DNA of 64,000 bases, taken from positions 62,001 to 126,000 of the forward strand of contig NIVC01001424.1 in NCBI GenBank assembly GCA_002269645.1, in the 5' to 3' direction. A program made the translations under genes and the position numbers. The stretch comes from Macrostomum lignano (Eukaryota). This document shows, one piece after another, positions 23,763 to 35,813 of this stretch (its first letter is position 1; each line of letters begins with the position of its first letter). The notes under the pieces are model-generated. The model made no database searches. It worked only from the letters and a program-made list of their open reading frames with translations, and was not told the DNA's origin.

Positions 23763-24389
23763 ATGCTGAGCAAGACCAACTCAATCTTTCTCGGACTTGG
23801 CGTCCTCGCTTTCTTAGTTGGTAAGCTGGCTGAAGCATGTAAAATATACAGTCGTTTGTACTCCAATAAAGTAAACAGATTTTATTATTATCAGCTAAAT
23901 CTGTTCACACGCAGGTGTCGGACACGCCATTAAGTGTCTGGCATACACCCACGCGGGCATTGAAGACCTTCGCGGCACCCCCATTGTACTGGAGTGCGGT
24001 AGCAACGTGACCACCTGCAACAAGATGATTTCTGTTCAAAATCACACGGCTTCGAGCATGACCTTTAAATTCAATGTCAGCTTTACTGTGAGTAATCGAT
24101 GAATGAGCTGATTAAGTTAGTTCTGTCTCAGAATTTTCGCCCCCATCCAAAACAGCTGTGAACTCAACCGCACTCGCATTCTCAGGTCTACTCTGGCTTT
24201 TGCGGTGGCTGCCCTTCCAGCTTGCCGTCTGGTTTCACCTGCACCACCTGCAACACCGACCAGTGCAACTCCGTCTTCGCCGCTGTGCTGACTGCGCCGT
24301 GCAACTCCGATTTCGCCTCTGTGCGCGCCGCCGCCCCGCTGACCCTGGCTCTGCCGCTGCTGATGGCCGCCGCCCTGCGCAGCTTCTGA
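23763..24389 (+). CDS. GPI-anchored Ly6/uPAR (three-finger) protein; exons 23763-23820, 23915-24087, 24186-24389; 144 aa
   Basis: Canonical GT-AG sites with matching phases give MLSKTNSIFLGLGVLAFLVGVGHAIKCLAY...ECGSNVTTCNK...FCGGC...CTTCNTDQCN, plus a hydrophobic C-terminal tail (APLTLALPLLMAAALRSF). This gene is not visible in the ORF track. Confidence 0.82.
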
Positions 24390-24504
24390 AAGCAGCACGC
24401 GAACCCGAGAGTTCTAAGAGAGAATGAAACGCTTTGAAATGTTCCACAAAAACTTTGATAGCGTTCCCTGATATTCAACATCGATTTCTGTTACACAAAG
24501 CAAA

Positions 24505-26060
24505 TTACACTCCGAATCTCTCCTGACATTCACTCCGAATCCCTGAAGACATTCACTCCGAATCTCTCCTGACATTCACTCCGAATCCCTGCAGACATTC
24601 ACTCCGAATCTCTCCTGACATTCACTCCGAATCCTTGCTGACATTCACTCCGAATCTCTCCTGACATTCACTCCGAATCCCTGAAGACATTCACTCCGAA
24701 TCTCTCCTGACATTCACTCCGAATCCTTGCTGACATTCACTCCGAATCTCTCCTGACATTCACTCCGAATCCCTGCTGACATTCACTCCGAATCTCTCCT
24801 GACATTCACTCCGAATCCTTGCTGACATTCACTCCGAATCTCTCCTGACATTCACTCCGAATCCCTGCTGACATTCACTCCGAATCCCTGCAGACATTCA
24901 CTCCGAATCCCTGCTGACATTCACTCCGAATCCCTGCTGACATTCACTCCGAATCTCTCCTGACATTCACTCTGAATCTCTCCTGACATTCACTCCGAAT
25001 CCCTGCTGACATTCACTCCGAATCTCTCCTGACATTCACTCCGAATCCCTGCTGACATTCACTCCGAATCCCTGCAGACATTCATTCCGAATCCCTGCTG
25101 ACATTCACTCCGAATCCCTGCTGACATTCACTCCGAATCCTTGCTGACATTCACTCCGAATCCCTGCAGACATTCACTCCGAATCTCTCCTGACATTCAC
25201 TCCGAATCCCTGCTGACATTCACTCCGAATCTCTCCTGACATTCACTCCGAATCTCTCCTGACATTCACTCCGAATCCTTGCTGACATTCACTCCGAATC
25301 CCTGCTGACATTCACTCCGAATCCCTGCTGACATTCACTCCGAATCTCTCCTGACATTCACTCCGAATCCTTGCTGACATTCACTCCGAATCCCTGCAGA
25401 CATTCACTCCGAATCCCTGCAGACATTCACTCCGAATCCCTGCAGACATTCACTCCGAATCCCTGCTGACATTCACTCCGAATCTCTCCTGACATTCACT
25501 CCGAATCCCTGTTGACATTCACTCCGAATCTCTCCTGACATTCACTCCGAATCTCTCCTGACATTCACTCCGAATCTCTCCTGACATTCACTCCGAATCT
25601 CTCCTGACATTCACTCCGAATCCCTGCAGACATTCACTCCGAATCTCTCCTGACATTCACTCCGAATCCTTGCTGACATTCACTCCGAATCTCTCCTGAC
25701 ATTCACTCCGAATCCCTGCTGACATTCACTCCGAATCTCTCCTGACATTCACTCCGAATCCCTGCTGACATTCACTCCGAATCTCTGCTGACATTCACTC
25801 CGAATCCCTGCAGACATTCACTCCGAATCCCTGCTGACATTCACTCCGAATCTCTCCTGACATTCACTCCGAATCTCTCCTGACATTCACTCCGAATCTC
25901 TCCTGACATTCACTCCGAATCTCTCCTGACATTCACTCCGAATCTCTCCTGACATTCACTCCGAATCTCTCCTGACATTCACTCCGAATCTCTCCTGACA
26001 TTCACTCCGAATCTCTCCTGACATTCACTCCGAATCTCTCCTGACACTCACTCCAAATCT
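24505..26060. repeat. 23-bp minisatellite GACATTCACTCCGAATC(TCTCCT/CCTGCT/CCTGCA/CTTGCT)
   Basis: ~67 tandem copies with a constant 17-bp core and a variable 6-bp tail. Confidence 0.97.
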
Positions 26061-27072
26061 CTTTTGGCCTTCACTCCGAAGTGGTATAGGGAATTTACGA
26101 GTATAGCAAACCATCACTTTATTTTGAAAAAATACTTTTTCTTATGACCCCCACACCAGAGCATTTTTTGCTTTTTTCAAACTTCATATTTTACTCTTGA
26201 TTCCATATTTAAACTATCCTTACTTCCTTTTTTCAATTTTGAAAAGTTAAAATTGCGCTGCGGGGGGTCATAAGAAAAAGTATTTTTTTCAAAATAAAGT
26301 GATGGTGTGCTTTAACGTAAGGTTACGCTTACTCTATACTACTACTCTCAAAAACTCGTACTATTCTAAGTCTAGATGCAGACATCAACTGATTCTCACA
26401 TCAGTACGTACCTTTTGGATGAAGGGAGAACTTACAATCCCCAACACTGCTCTGTACAGCTTCTATTGTTCTAAAAAATAGGGAACTTCCCCACAGCTTC
26501 TATTGTACCCAGGAAGGGAGAACTACGTTTGTCTATACGTGGATCCAACAGTACTCTAAAAATCTCTTACCCAATCTAGTTGCTAGAATGGGAAATTGAC
26601 GCGGCGCACACTGACCAGTTGCAGGCCGCCCTCAAGATAAGCAACGACGGAGTCAAACACTCCGTCGTTTACTTCCATGCCGCCTAGCCTGATCCGTTCA
26701 AGTGAACTCGTGACAGGCATTCGAGTTGTACTGTCAGTAGCCGCTGTAGGAGGTGCTGCGGTGCTGCGGTGCCCAGATTTTCCTTGTTGAGTGTTTTCTG
26801 GGCAACCATCAACCCCTTACCTTTCGTACCTTTGGTCTTACCTCTACTGAACCAGTCTAGTGATCTAGATCTACTGATCGATGGTCTCGATAACTATACG
26901 AAATGATTATAATAATGAATTTTAAATGCCAGAAACGCTACTTTAAGCAGTACCCTCAGCACATTACAATATAACTGATTCCGCGAAGATCTTTGCTAAA
27001 AAACGACTATAAAAGCCCAAGGAAGAAACACTTTCTAGCAGCTGCCTTCCTTCCCGGCCCAAAAATGCTCAA

Positions 27073-27796
27073 ATGATTTCATACTTTGCAAGCCTCGCTG
27101 TCCTGGTGGCCTGCGTTGCCAGCAGGTCAACCCAGGTGTCCTACATTGGCTGCTTTGTGGACAATGAGGCCAGAGACCTGAGAGGACTCACTGGAGTGAG
27201 CAGAATCGGTCAGTTCAGCATCGGCAGCCTCATGCTGAGCAGCCTTAACATGACACACGAGCTCTGTAGCAGCGTCTGCTCTCTGGGCGGCTTCCCGTAC
27301 TTCAGTGTGCAGGCCAATTATCATTGTTTCTGCGGCAGCTCCTACGGATCTCTCGGAACTGCAAACGAGACCGACTGCAACGGCGTCTGCGGTGGAAACG
27401 GAGCTCAAATGTGCGGAGCCTCGTGGCGAAACTCAGTCTTCGCCCTAACCTACCCGGGTGAGTGAGCTCAGTGTGAGCAGTTCTGATTTTGCCTCTATGT
27501 TTTCAGCGTTTTTAAGTAACAATTATGGCCAACTCTAACAGAATATTTCTAAATTTTTAGATAGAAAGTATTTTGAGCAGACGCCAAGGACCAACCAGAC
27601 GGTGGAGTCCACCCAGAGCACCTACTGGACCAGCGCTGCCAAAATCAAGGCCGAGTGTTTGATGCTGTGCGAGGCCTCAGCTGACTGCCAGGCTGTGATT
27701 TTCTCTGGCCAGCAGCGCCTGTGCCACCTGCTGAGGTTCGCCTACCCGCCTGCCAGTCTGAGCAGCACCGATGGAGACTACTTTGTGCGCGGCTGA
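27073..27796 (+). CDS. Secreted WSC + PAN-like protein G7 (exons 27073-27457, 27561-27796)
   Basis: Open, in-phase two-exon model, near-identical to G6 from QVSYIG onward. A 1-nt deletion relative to G6 moves the start to the ATG at 27073, which still gives a signal peptide. Confidence 0.88.
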
Positions 27797-28488
27797 GCTC
27801 GCTGTCCAGCATTCAGCGTTGGAATAATTCAGCTCCTGGGGCTTCTAGACTAGACAAAATATTTTGAAAGAATTTGAAAATTTGTCTAAACTACTTCATT
27901 GGGAGTTTTTTAAAGAAAAAAATGTAATAATTAACTTGCTAACTTCATATTCGGTTTTAAGCAACATGAAAGAAGGAAATACACAGTGCGTGACAAGCTT
28001 CAACCAGCTACAGCAAGCAATACTCTTCAAAATATGCATCTTTTTTCAGTGCCAAAAGTGTACTGCCTTGTAAAGCATATAGTTAAACAAAAGCGTCCTA
28101 GAATCCCTTGGGCATCCCTGCCCACCGCCATTGTTACCTAACTAGCTGGCGGAGTCTTCTCCTGAAAGCTAAATTGTGCTTGCCTAGCTTTGGAACGTTG
28201 GAAGTAATTAATTATTAATCTGTGAGTTTCTTGACAACGCTGAGCTGCAAAACTCTTCGGGGGCCTTACTGTTGATTAGCAACTAAGTGGCTCTGTGAAT
28301 TGGGAGAGCTTTTTCCAGCTCAGTAAGCAATCTTTTGCTAATTAATGGACACCTGACGCACTCCTTGTTTTCTGCAGCAGCAGCAACAGCAGCAGCAGCA
28401 GCAGTAGTAGTATAGCTTTTTCCAGCTCAGTAAGCAATCTTTTGCTAATTAATGGACAACTGACGCACTCCTTGTTTTCTGCAGCAGA

Positions 28489-28519
<31 letters not shown>

Positions 28520-28587
28520 TAGCTTTTTCCAGCTCAGTAAGCAATCTTTTGCTAATTAATGGACAACTGACGCACTCCTTGTTTTCT

Positions 28588-28622
<35 letters not shown>

Positions 28623-31600
28623 CCCGACTCCCGGTCAGGGAACCTTGGGGGCTTGGAGACGACGTCCACGACGTGCCCCTGGACCGACCGAGAAATCGCG
28701 TCGGAGTACCGACTAACGGTCTCCCCTACCACCGAACCTGCGAAGAGATGCACACGGTGCTCAGGCTGCGAGGCGGCGACTCCACCATCGCCCCAGCCAA
28801 CCACCGCAAGACACGCCGTAGCGCCCGGAAACGTCGAGACGGACGGCCCAGCGCAGAGCCGGATCAAGAGCTCCGAGCACTTCAGTTCAACGCCAACGGA
28901 CTGAAAGCACGCCTCACAGAGCTGACCCATTGGCTCGCCAAGAACCGCCCGGCCCTCGTCCTCATCCAGGAGACAAAGCTCGTGCCCGACGAGGAGTTCA
29001 CCCCCCCAACCGACTACTGCATCGCAGCGCGAGTCGACGGACTCCCCTACAACGAGGAAACGGAGAGCGCTCGAGACGACAACATGGACACCAACAATAC
29101 CGGCACCCAACAACAGCAACAGCAACGACCTGTGGCCCGCACCGCGACCAGGCGAGTGACGAGACCACGGTGCCGCCTCCGCTTTCCAGACGATCGGGCC
29201 AGATGGTGCCGCGGATGCCGCAGTGGACGTACCGCCTGTACCGAACGCGACGCCCCGTGGCCAGGCACAGATGCAGGCCCCGAGCAAACCGAGGCCGGAG
29301 AACGAGAGGAGACGGGCGCGCCACTAGCCGGGAGAAAACCAAAAAGGCAAAAAAAACCAACCGGCAGGGGCGGCGTCCTGATCATGACTCGCTCGGACGT
29401 GAGGTACAGCACACTACCCACGATCCCACAGGACCAAGGCAAACTCGATGCGGCCGCCATCGTCCTTCACATCACCGGCAAGTCCCCCATCACCGTCGTT
29501 AATATCTACGCCCCGCCAACCAGCGCCCAGCGCCAGGACACTTGGACTCCGAACTTCGACACCCTGCCCGTGGGCCCCAACTCCATCATCTGTGGCGATT
29601 TCAACGGCCACGGCTGCTGGGACAGGTGGACCGATGAAGACGCTAGGGGACACCTCATCGAACACTGGAGTGCGACTAAAGGCCTCCACGTCTGTAACGG
29701 AACCAGCCACACCAGGAGCAGCCCGAGCAGCGGATCCCGGAGCTCACCCGATCTGACGCTGGCAAAGGGATTCCTGACCGCGATCATCCCGGCGGGTTGG
29801 AGGACCGAAAAGGATATGGGCAGCGACCATCTCCCCATCACCTTCCCGCTGGCAATGGCAAGGCGCGAACTCAAGCACGGTATCACTCGCTGGAGCTTCG
29901 CCAAGGCCGACTGGCCCGCTTTCAGACAACATCTAGCCGACATCCAAGGACCCCAGGACTGGGGTGACGTGGACCCTGAACACGCGGCCCTCTGCGCCGA
30001 CATCATCGAGGCCGCCACTCAGGCGATCCCCAGAGGCAGCCCCAAAAACAACCGCTGCCCTTTCTGGACCCCAGACTGTGAAATCAGCCGACAAGCCTGC
30101 ATCAGAGCAAGGGCGACGGCCGAGTCCGACCCGACTCCAGAAAACCTCGCGGCCTACAACGCAGCTCGACATACCGCCAGCAATACCATCCGCAAAGAGC
30201 GCAGAGGCTTCCTGGAAGACCGCGCCAGCGAAATGACGGTTGATAGCAACCTCTTCCGGCTCCTGCGCGCAGCCAGAGGAGATACGCCAGTCCCGCGCGG
30301 CAAAGTCGACATCACCCGGAAGTCGGTCGACGGCGTCGAGCTCCGACCGGCGCGCACCGACAAAGAAAAGGCAGACACTTTCTGCCAAATCTACGCCGCT
30401 GCCGCCAGGGTCCCCCGCCGACAGGAGGACTACAAGATCCGCTACGAGGCAAGACGCGCCAGGAGACGACCAGCCCAGCCGCCGGTACCCTTCACTCTCC
30501 TGGAGCTCAGATCAGCGATCCGACAACTCAAATCCGGCAAAAGCGCCGGGGAAGACGGCGTTACCAACGAGATGCTCAAACGCCTCCCACCGGCCACCGA
30601 CCAACGCCTCCTGGACCTCATCAACCGCACGTGGATACAACAGCGCTGCCCCAGAAGCTGGAGGTCGGCAATCATCATCCCAATTGCCAAAAAAGGAAAA
30701 GACGCCACCCTCCCAACATCCTACCGACCGGTGGCCCTTACGAGCTGCATCGCCAAATGTGCGGAGAGGATGGTGCTCCAAAGACTCAACCGCCAGCTCG
30801 AAACCAACGGCTCCCTGTCCCCGGCACAAGCCGGATTCCGCAGAGGCCGCAGCACCGAGGAGCAGCTCGCCAGGGTCTGTCAGGACATCTTCGACGGCCT
30901 GGAACGCTCTCCACCGCACAGGAGCATCCTCGCGTGCATGGACTTCAAAGGAGCCTACGAAACGGTCTGGAAGGAAGGCCTCGTTGTGAAGATGACTCGA
31001 GTAAAGATCGACCAGAACACCATCGGCTGGACGGAGGCCTTCCTTTCCGACCGACGCGCAAGAGTCCGTTTCGGGCGCACCCTGAGCCGCCAGCGCGTCT
31101 TCCGAGAGGGACTCCCACAAGGCTCGGTCCTGGCGCCAACTCTCTGGAACATCTACGTGAATGACCTAGAGGAGGCAGTCACGACAGCAGCGCCGGACTG
31201 CGGCATCAGCCTCTACGCCGATGATTCGGCTGTCCTCAGCACCCAGCCCTCACTGGCGAGCTGCGGAGCCAGGATACAACCGGCACTCGACGCTATAGCC
31301 AACTGGACCAAAGAGTGGAAAATCACCCTGAGTACCAGCAAGTGCAACTACTCAACATTCACGCTCGCCCCCAACGAGGTGAATGGCAAGCTCCGGGTCC
31401 CGCTCGAGCTAGCCGGCGAGCCACTCCAGTTTGAAGAACACCCAACCTTCCTGGGCCTCATCCTGGACTGCCAGCTGAACTTCGCCCAGCACGCAGCCAA
31501 TGTCTGCCGCCGCATGAGCCGACGCCGACGCGCTCTCGCCGACCTCGCGAACCGCGCGGTAGGAGCCACCCAGGAGGTGCTCCGGACGGCCTACCAGGCA

Positions 31601-33020
31601 ACCATCCGCGCCGTGGCCGAATACGGATGCGGGTCTGGGGAGCCAGCGCGGCACCGAGTACCAAACTGCTTATCGAACAGCAACAGAACAGCTGCGCAAG
31701 AATCATCACCGGATGTATGCTCCCAACTCGAACCACGGAGCTGCTTCGGACGGCCAACCTCCCCCCTTTGGCCACACCATCCTGGAACGCGCCGCCTGCC
31801 TCCGAGAACGGGTGCTGCGCCTCCCGGAGGACGTCCCAGCACACCGGACTGCGGCCAGAGACACCACCAGCAGACTACGAAACCGCGCCTACGAGAGCGC
31901 CCGCCGACAAGAAGAGGCAAATTTTAACGCGCTACTAGACAATGATTACAAGCGCCCTTTCCGCGGCTGCTGGCGGCGAATCGCGAGAGAAATCACCGGT
32001 CCCTGCGGCCTCGAAGACCGGCCCAGGGAGCCGTTCCCGCCACCGCCGCCCGACCTGGCACACCTCGCGCTCAACCGGTACAGCCAGACTTTCGACCTCA
32101 CCCTCGCCGACGGCTGCGGCAGAGCAGTCCCGACGAGCGTCCGCCGCGACAGGGCGATGTCAGCTCTCGAGCAGCTAACACCCTGTGACATCGACGCGTG
32201 GACGGACGGCAGCGTCAAGGAGGGCATCCACGACGCATGGGGTGCCGCGGTGGTCTGCACCCGCCTCTGGTGCCAAAAGATCACCGCCCCGGCCGGCCGG
32301 ATCGCATGCAGCTTCCAGGCGGAGATGGTCGCGATCAGCGCCGCCCTCGACTACATTACTCAACTCCCGCCAGAGCACGGCCTTACAGTGCGGATCCTCA
32401 GCGACTCCAAATCAGCACTCACGGCCCTCCAGAGCGGCCCCAGTAGGCAGGTCACCGCCGCCGGAAGCCGCTGCTGGGAGGTACTGGCCCACATGTCGCG
32501 CCCGTGCGACTTCGTCTGGGTCCCGGCCCACTGCGACGTCCCGGGCAACGAGCAAGCAGACCGCTGCGCCAACGAAGCTAGACGCGGCCAACAGCAGGAC
32601 GAACCCATTACGCTGCAGGCCGCCAAGGCCGCCATCCGACGCGCGCGGTCCGCCCGCGACCAGGAACTGCTTGGACGCCCCTGGCAACGACCACCACGAC
32701 ACCTGACCAGGAAAGAAACGGTGGCGATTAACCAACTCAGAGCCGGGTGCTCCACCCTGGCCGGGGCCACACGTCACCGGGTCGGCCTGACTGAGAACGC
32801 CAGCTGTCCCGATTGCGGGGCGCCCGACACGGAGGAGCATATCATCCTTGAATGCCCACGCGGCGACGCCCTTCGGGCGAGCACTGAGGACGAGAGGGAC
32901 ACCCGCGACGACCCGGAGCGTCTTCTCGCCCTCCTTCGCAGGTTGGGGCGCCTCTGAGCGCCCTCCCCCCAGCTGCCAGCGGCAGCGTTGTGGGGCGGTG
33001 GAAGAAAAGAAAAGAAAAAG
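28623..33020 (+). mobile_element. Near-full-length single-ORF non-LTR retrotransposon (APE-RT-RNase H; I-group/Ingi-like)
   Basis: TSD (a)gcagcagtagt at 28611/12-28622 and 33019/20-33030; (GAAAA)n 3' tail. The frame is open up to the 5' junction, so the copy may be slightly 5'-truncated. Confidence 0.93.
28673..32957 (+). CDS. LINE polyprotein: APE endonuclease, reverse transcriptase, RNase H, CCHC knuckle (two 1-nt frameshifts at ~31631 and ~31775)
   Basis: APE: QFNANG, IQETK, NIYAPP, GDFNGH, PDLT, SDHLPI. RT: SYRPVALTSC, QAGFR, GLPQGSVLAPTLW, YADD, FLGL. RNase H: WTDGS, AEMVAI, SDSKS, WVPAH..GNEQAD. Knuckle: CPDCGAPDTEEHIILEC. Adding one G and one C at the two sites joins the ORFs into ~1,430 codons. 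Confidence 0.92.
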
Positions 33021-33102
33021 CAGCAGTAGTAGTATAGCTTTTTCCAGCTCAGTAAGCAATCTTTTGCTAATTAATGGACAACTGACGCACTCCTTGTTTT
33101 CT

Positions 33103-33141
<39 letters not shown>

Positions 33142-33209
33142 TAGCTTTTTCCAGCTCAGTAAGCAATCTTTTGCTAATTAATGGACACCTGACGCACTCC
33201 TTGTTTTCT

Positions 33210-33248
<39 letters not shown>

Positions 33249-33423
33249 TAGCTTTTTCCAGCTCAGTAAGCAATCTTTTGCTAATTAATGGACACCTGAC
33301 GCACTCCTTGTTTTCTGCAGCAGCAGCAACAGCAGCAGCAGCAGCAGTAGTAGTATAGCTTTTTCCAGCTCAGTAAGCAATCTTTTGCTAATTAATGAAC
33401 ACCTGACGCACTCCTTGTTTTCT

Positions 33424-33462
<39 letters not shown>

Positions 33463-33530
33463 TAGCTTTTTCCAGCTCAGTAAGCAATCTTTTGCTAATT
33501 AATGGACACCTGACGCACTCCTTGTTTTCT

Positions 33531-33569
<39 letters not shown>

Positions 33570-33638
33570 TAGCTTTTTCCAGCTCAGTAAGCAATCTTTT
33601 GCTAATTAATGGACACCTGACGCACTCCTTGTTTTCTG

Positions 33639-33673
<35 letters not shown>

Positions 33674-33747
33674 GTAGTATAGCTTTTTCCAGCTCAGTAA
33701 GCAATCTTTTGCTAATTAATGGACACCTGACGCACTCCTTGTTTTCT

Positions 33748-33786
<39 letters not shown>

Positions 33787-33967
33787 TAGCTTTTTGCAGC
33801 GCATTTGGGCTTTCGTGCATTGAATTTAATCCAAAATGCGTTTGCCAATGCAACGGAGATTCAAAATTCAAAATGAGAAACACTCGAATGGCCAATGGCT
33901 GCTGCAGCTCGCTGTATGCGTTTCTCATTTTGAATGTCCAAATGATCATTTAGATTGTCAAAAACAA

Positions 33968-34194
<227 letters not shown>

Positions 34195-34745
34195 CTTAGT
34201 TTATACTAAACTAAGTGCTATCTTTATAAGAGTGCACTGCCATTCTCTACAAACTGTAAGATGTTTCTTCACAAAAATTCCTTTTTAGCTACTATACAGT
34301 AGACGGTCTCTCATGTTATTGACATTTCTTCTCAGAGAATAGAGCAGCAGACGTGTAGAATTCCATCGTACACAGGCCAAGCGTTTCCAAAAGTGTCTTA
34401 AGTTTAAGAACGTTGATGGAGTTTCCATCTTAGACAATTAGTACCCAAGAGCGAACCAAGGCAGTACACTGCTGTGTACAAATGTTTTTAAAATGAGACT
34501 AAAAATCTTACGTAGCTACTGACTAGAAGCAGCACGTCCTGAAAATCGTTGAAAAACAGACAGACAAAAGTGCTATAAAATCAAGGTAGGCTGGACCATA
34601 GAAGCAGGCGAGTTGTTTCTGACTGATAGATAAGCAAGCCTAGGTTGCGAGGCCCCTATCGCAACCCCAAGATAAAGGAACCAAGGTTCAACCTCGGGGG
34701 TGCGCCCAGCTCACGCCAGCAGTAAACAGGTTTGCAGGGGAGACA

Positions 34746-34979
34746 TCAGCGACCCATATCCGGCCGGTATCTCGGACGAAAGCGTGAAGGAAGGTCACGG
34801 ATGTTGTCCGGGATGGTCAGCTCGTTCATCCACTTGGGGTGGCCGAGGTATTTGTGCCTCGCCTTATTGAGGTAAGGGCAGAAGGTGACGTGATGCTCCG
34901 TAGTCTCCTCTCCTATGCCACAGAAGGGACAAGTGGGGGCTGGAACCGGTTTGCAACGAGATGGTTGCACGTAGCCCAT
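34746..34979 (-). mobile_element. LINE 3'-end fragment (CCHC knuckle)
   Basis: [30 protein letters not shown] resembles the 17697 fragment. Confidence 0.65.
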
Positions 34980-35106
34980 CTAGGCCGTTAATTATAGCCT
35001 AGGCGTGTTGAAACGGGGTGAAACGCACGGCATCCGCCCGCTGCAATTATCTATGGCCGACTTCCATAAGTAAAAAACTCGTATGCATATAAGTATCTAG
35101 TTAATA

Positions 35107-35813
35107 TACCTTTTTACGTTCTATTTGATAAAAACTGCAACCAATTTGGCCACGGCTCAGCCTGACGCAGCCGCAGCAATTTTCCATAGACATCCACCGC
35201 TAGCGGCAACCAATTCGGTAAAAACTGCGAGCTATTTTGCCAGCTTGAAGATAGCAGCTCAATAGCATAACAATAACGATAAAGAATGTTAACAATACAT
35301 GCACGAAGTCAGAACATTATGTCCTCAGCATTCAAGCACCGATTGAAGTACGTCTGGGAATGGTTGATCCAGCGCAGGCACTTGAGAGGCGTGAGAGGCA
35401 GTAGGTTGACCTTCGACGAATTGAACAATGGTGTCCACCATAGCCTCCGTCAGCGCCATCCTCTTCACTCCTTGTTTTGGCAGAGTGCCAACTCTACCAG
35501 TTCGTTCATACGTGGTCACGATGTTCCTCACTGTCGGTTTCTTCATCCCCATCATTCTGCCAAGCTCTCCCCGGTCGTCGCCACTCCTGTACGCTCTCAC
35601 GATTCGCTCTCGATCCAGCTGACTTATCTTTTGGTACGGCCCACGATTCGCCATCAGAGCAGCTGCTATCTTCAAGCTGGCAAAATAGCTCGCAGTTTTT
35701 ACCAAATTGGTTGCCGCTAGCGGTGGCTGTCTATGGAAAATTCTATGTCTATGGTCAGGCTGAGCCGTGGCCAAATTAGTTGCAGTTTTTATCAAATAGA
35801 ACGTAAAAAGGTA
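35107..35813 (-). mobile_element. Non-autonomous Tc1/IS630-like element with ~150-bp TIRs, retaining only the HTH region
   Basis: tacctttttacgttctatttgataaaaactgcaac... mirrored at 35813, with TA flanks. The internal minus frame reads MANRGPYQKISQLDRERIVRAYRSG..LGRMMGMKKPTVRNIVTTYERTG (paired-like HTH); no DDE domain. Confidence 0.82.

Larger units (their letters stand above)
28307..33795. repeat. ~105-111-bp satellite (constant ~70-bp block + (CAG)n(TAG)3), ~10 units, interrupted by a LINE
   Basis: Unit gctttttccagctcagtaagcaatcttttgctaattaatggacacctgacgcactccttgttttctg(cag)n tagtagtata; 3 units before and 7 after the LINE. Confidence 0.95.

Noticed and set aside
24505-26060. 23-bp array with a constant core and variable tail as a CRISPR array
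   Set aside because: The variable part is only 6 bp with a few recurring variants; it is an ordinary minisatellite.
26643-26690. Hairpin aacgacggag-tcaaaca-ctccgtcgtt followed by CTAG as a Helitron 3' end
   Set aside because: The base after CTAG is not T, and no 5' TC end or Rep/helicase remnant was identified.
28623-28777. A complete ubiquitin or UBL domain fused to the LINE
   Set aside because: Only the last ~10 residues match ubiquitin; the upstream residues do not align with the beta-grasp sequence.
28556-33059. Numerous antisense and alternate-frame ORFs over the LINE
   Set aside because: Expected shadows of a GC-rich coding sequence; no domains recognised.
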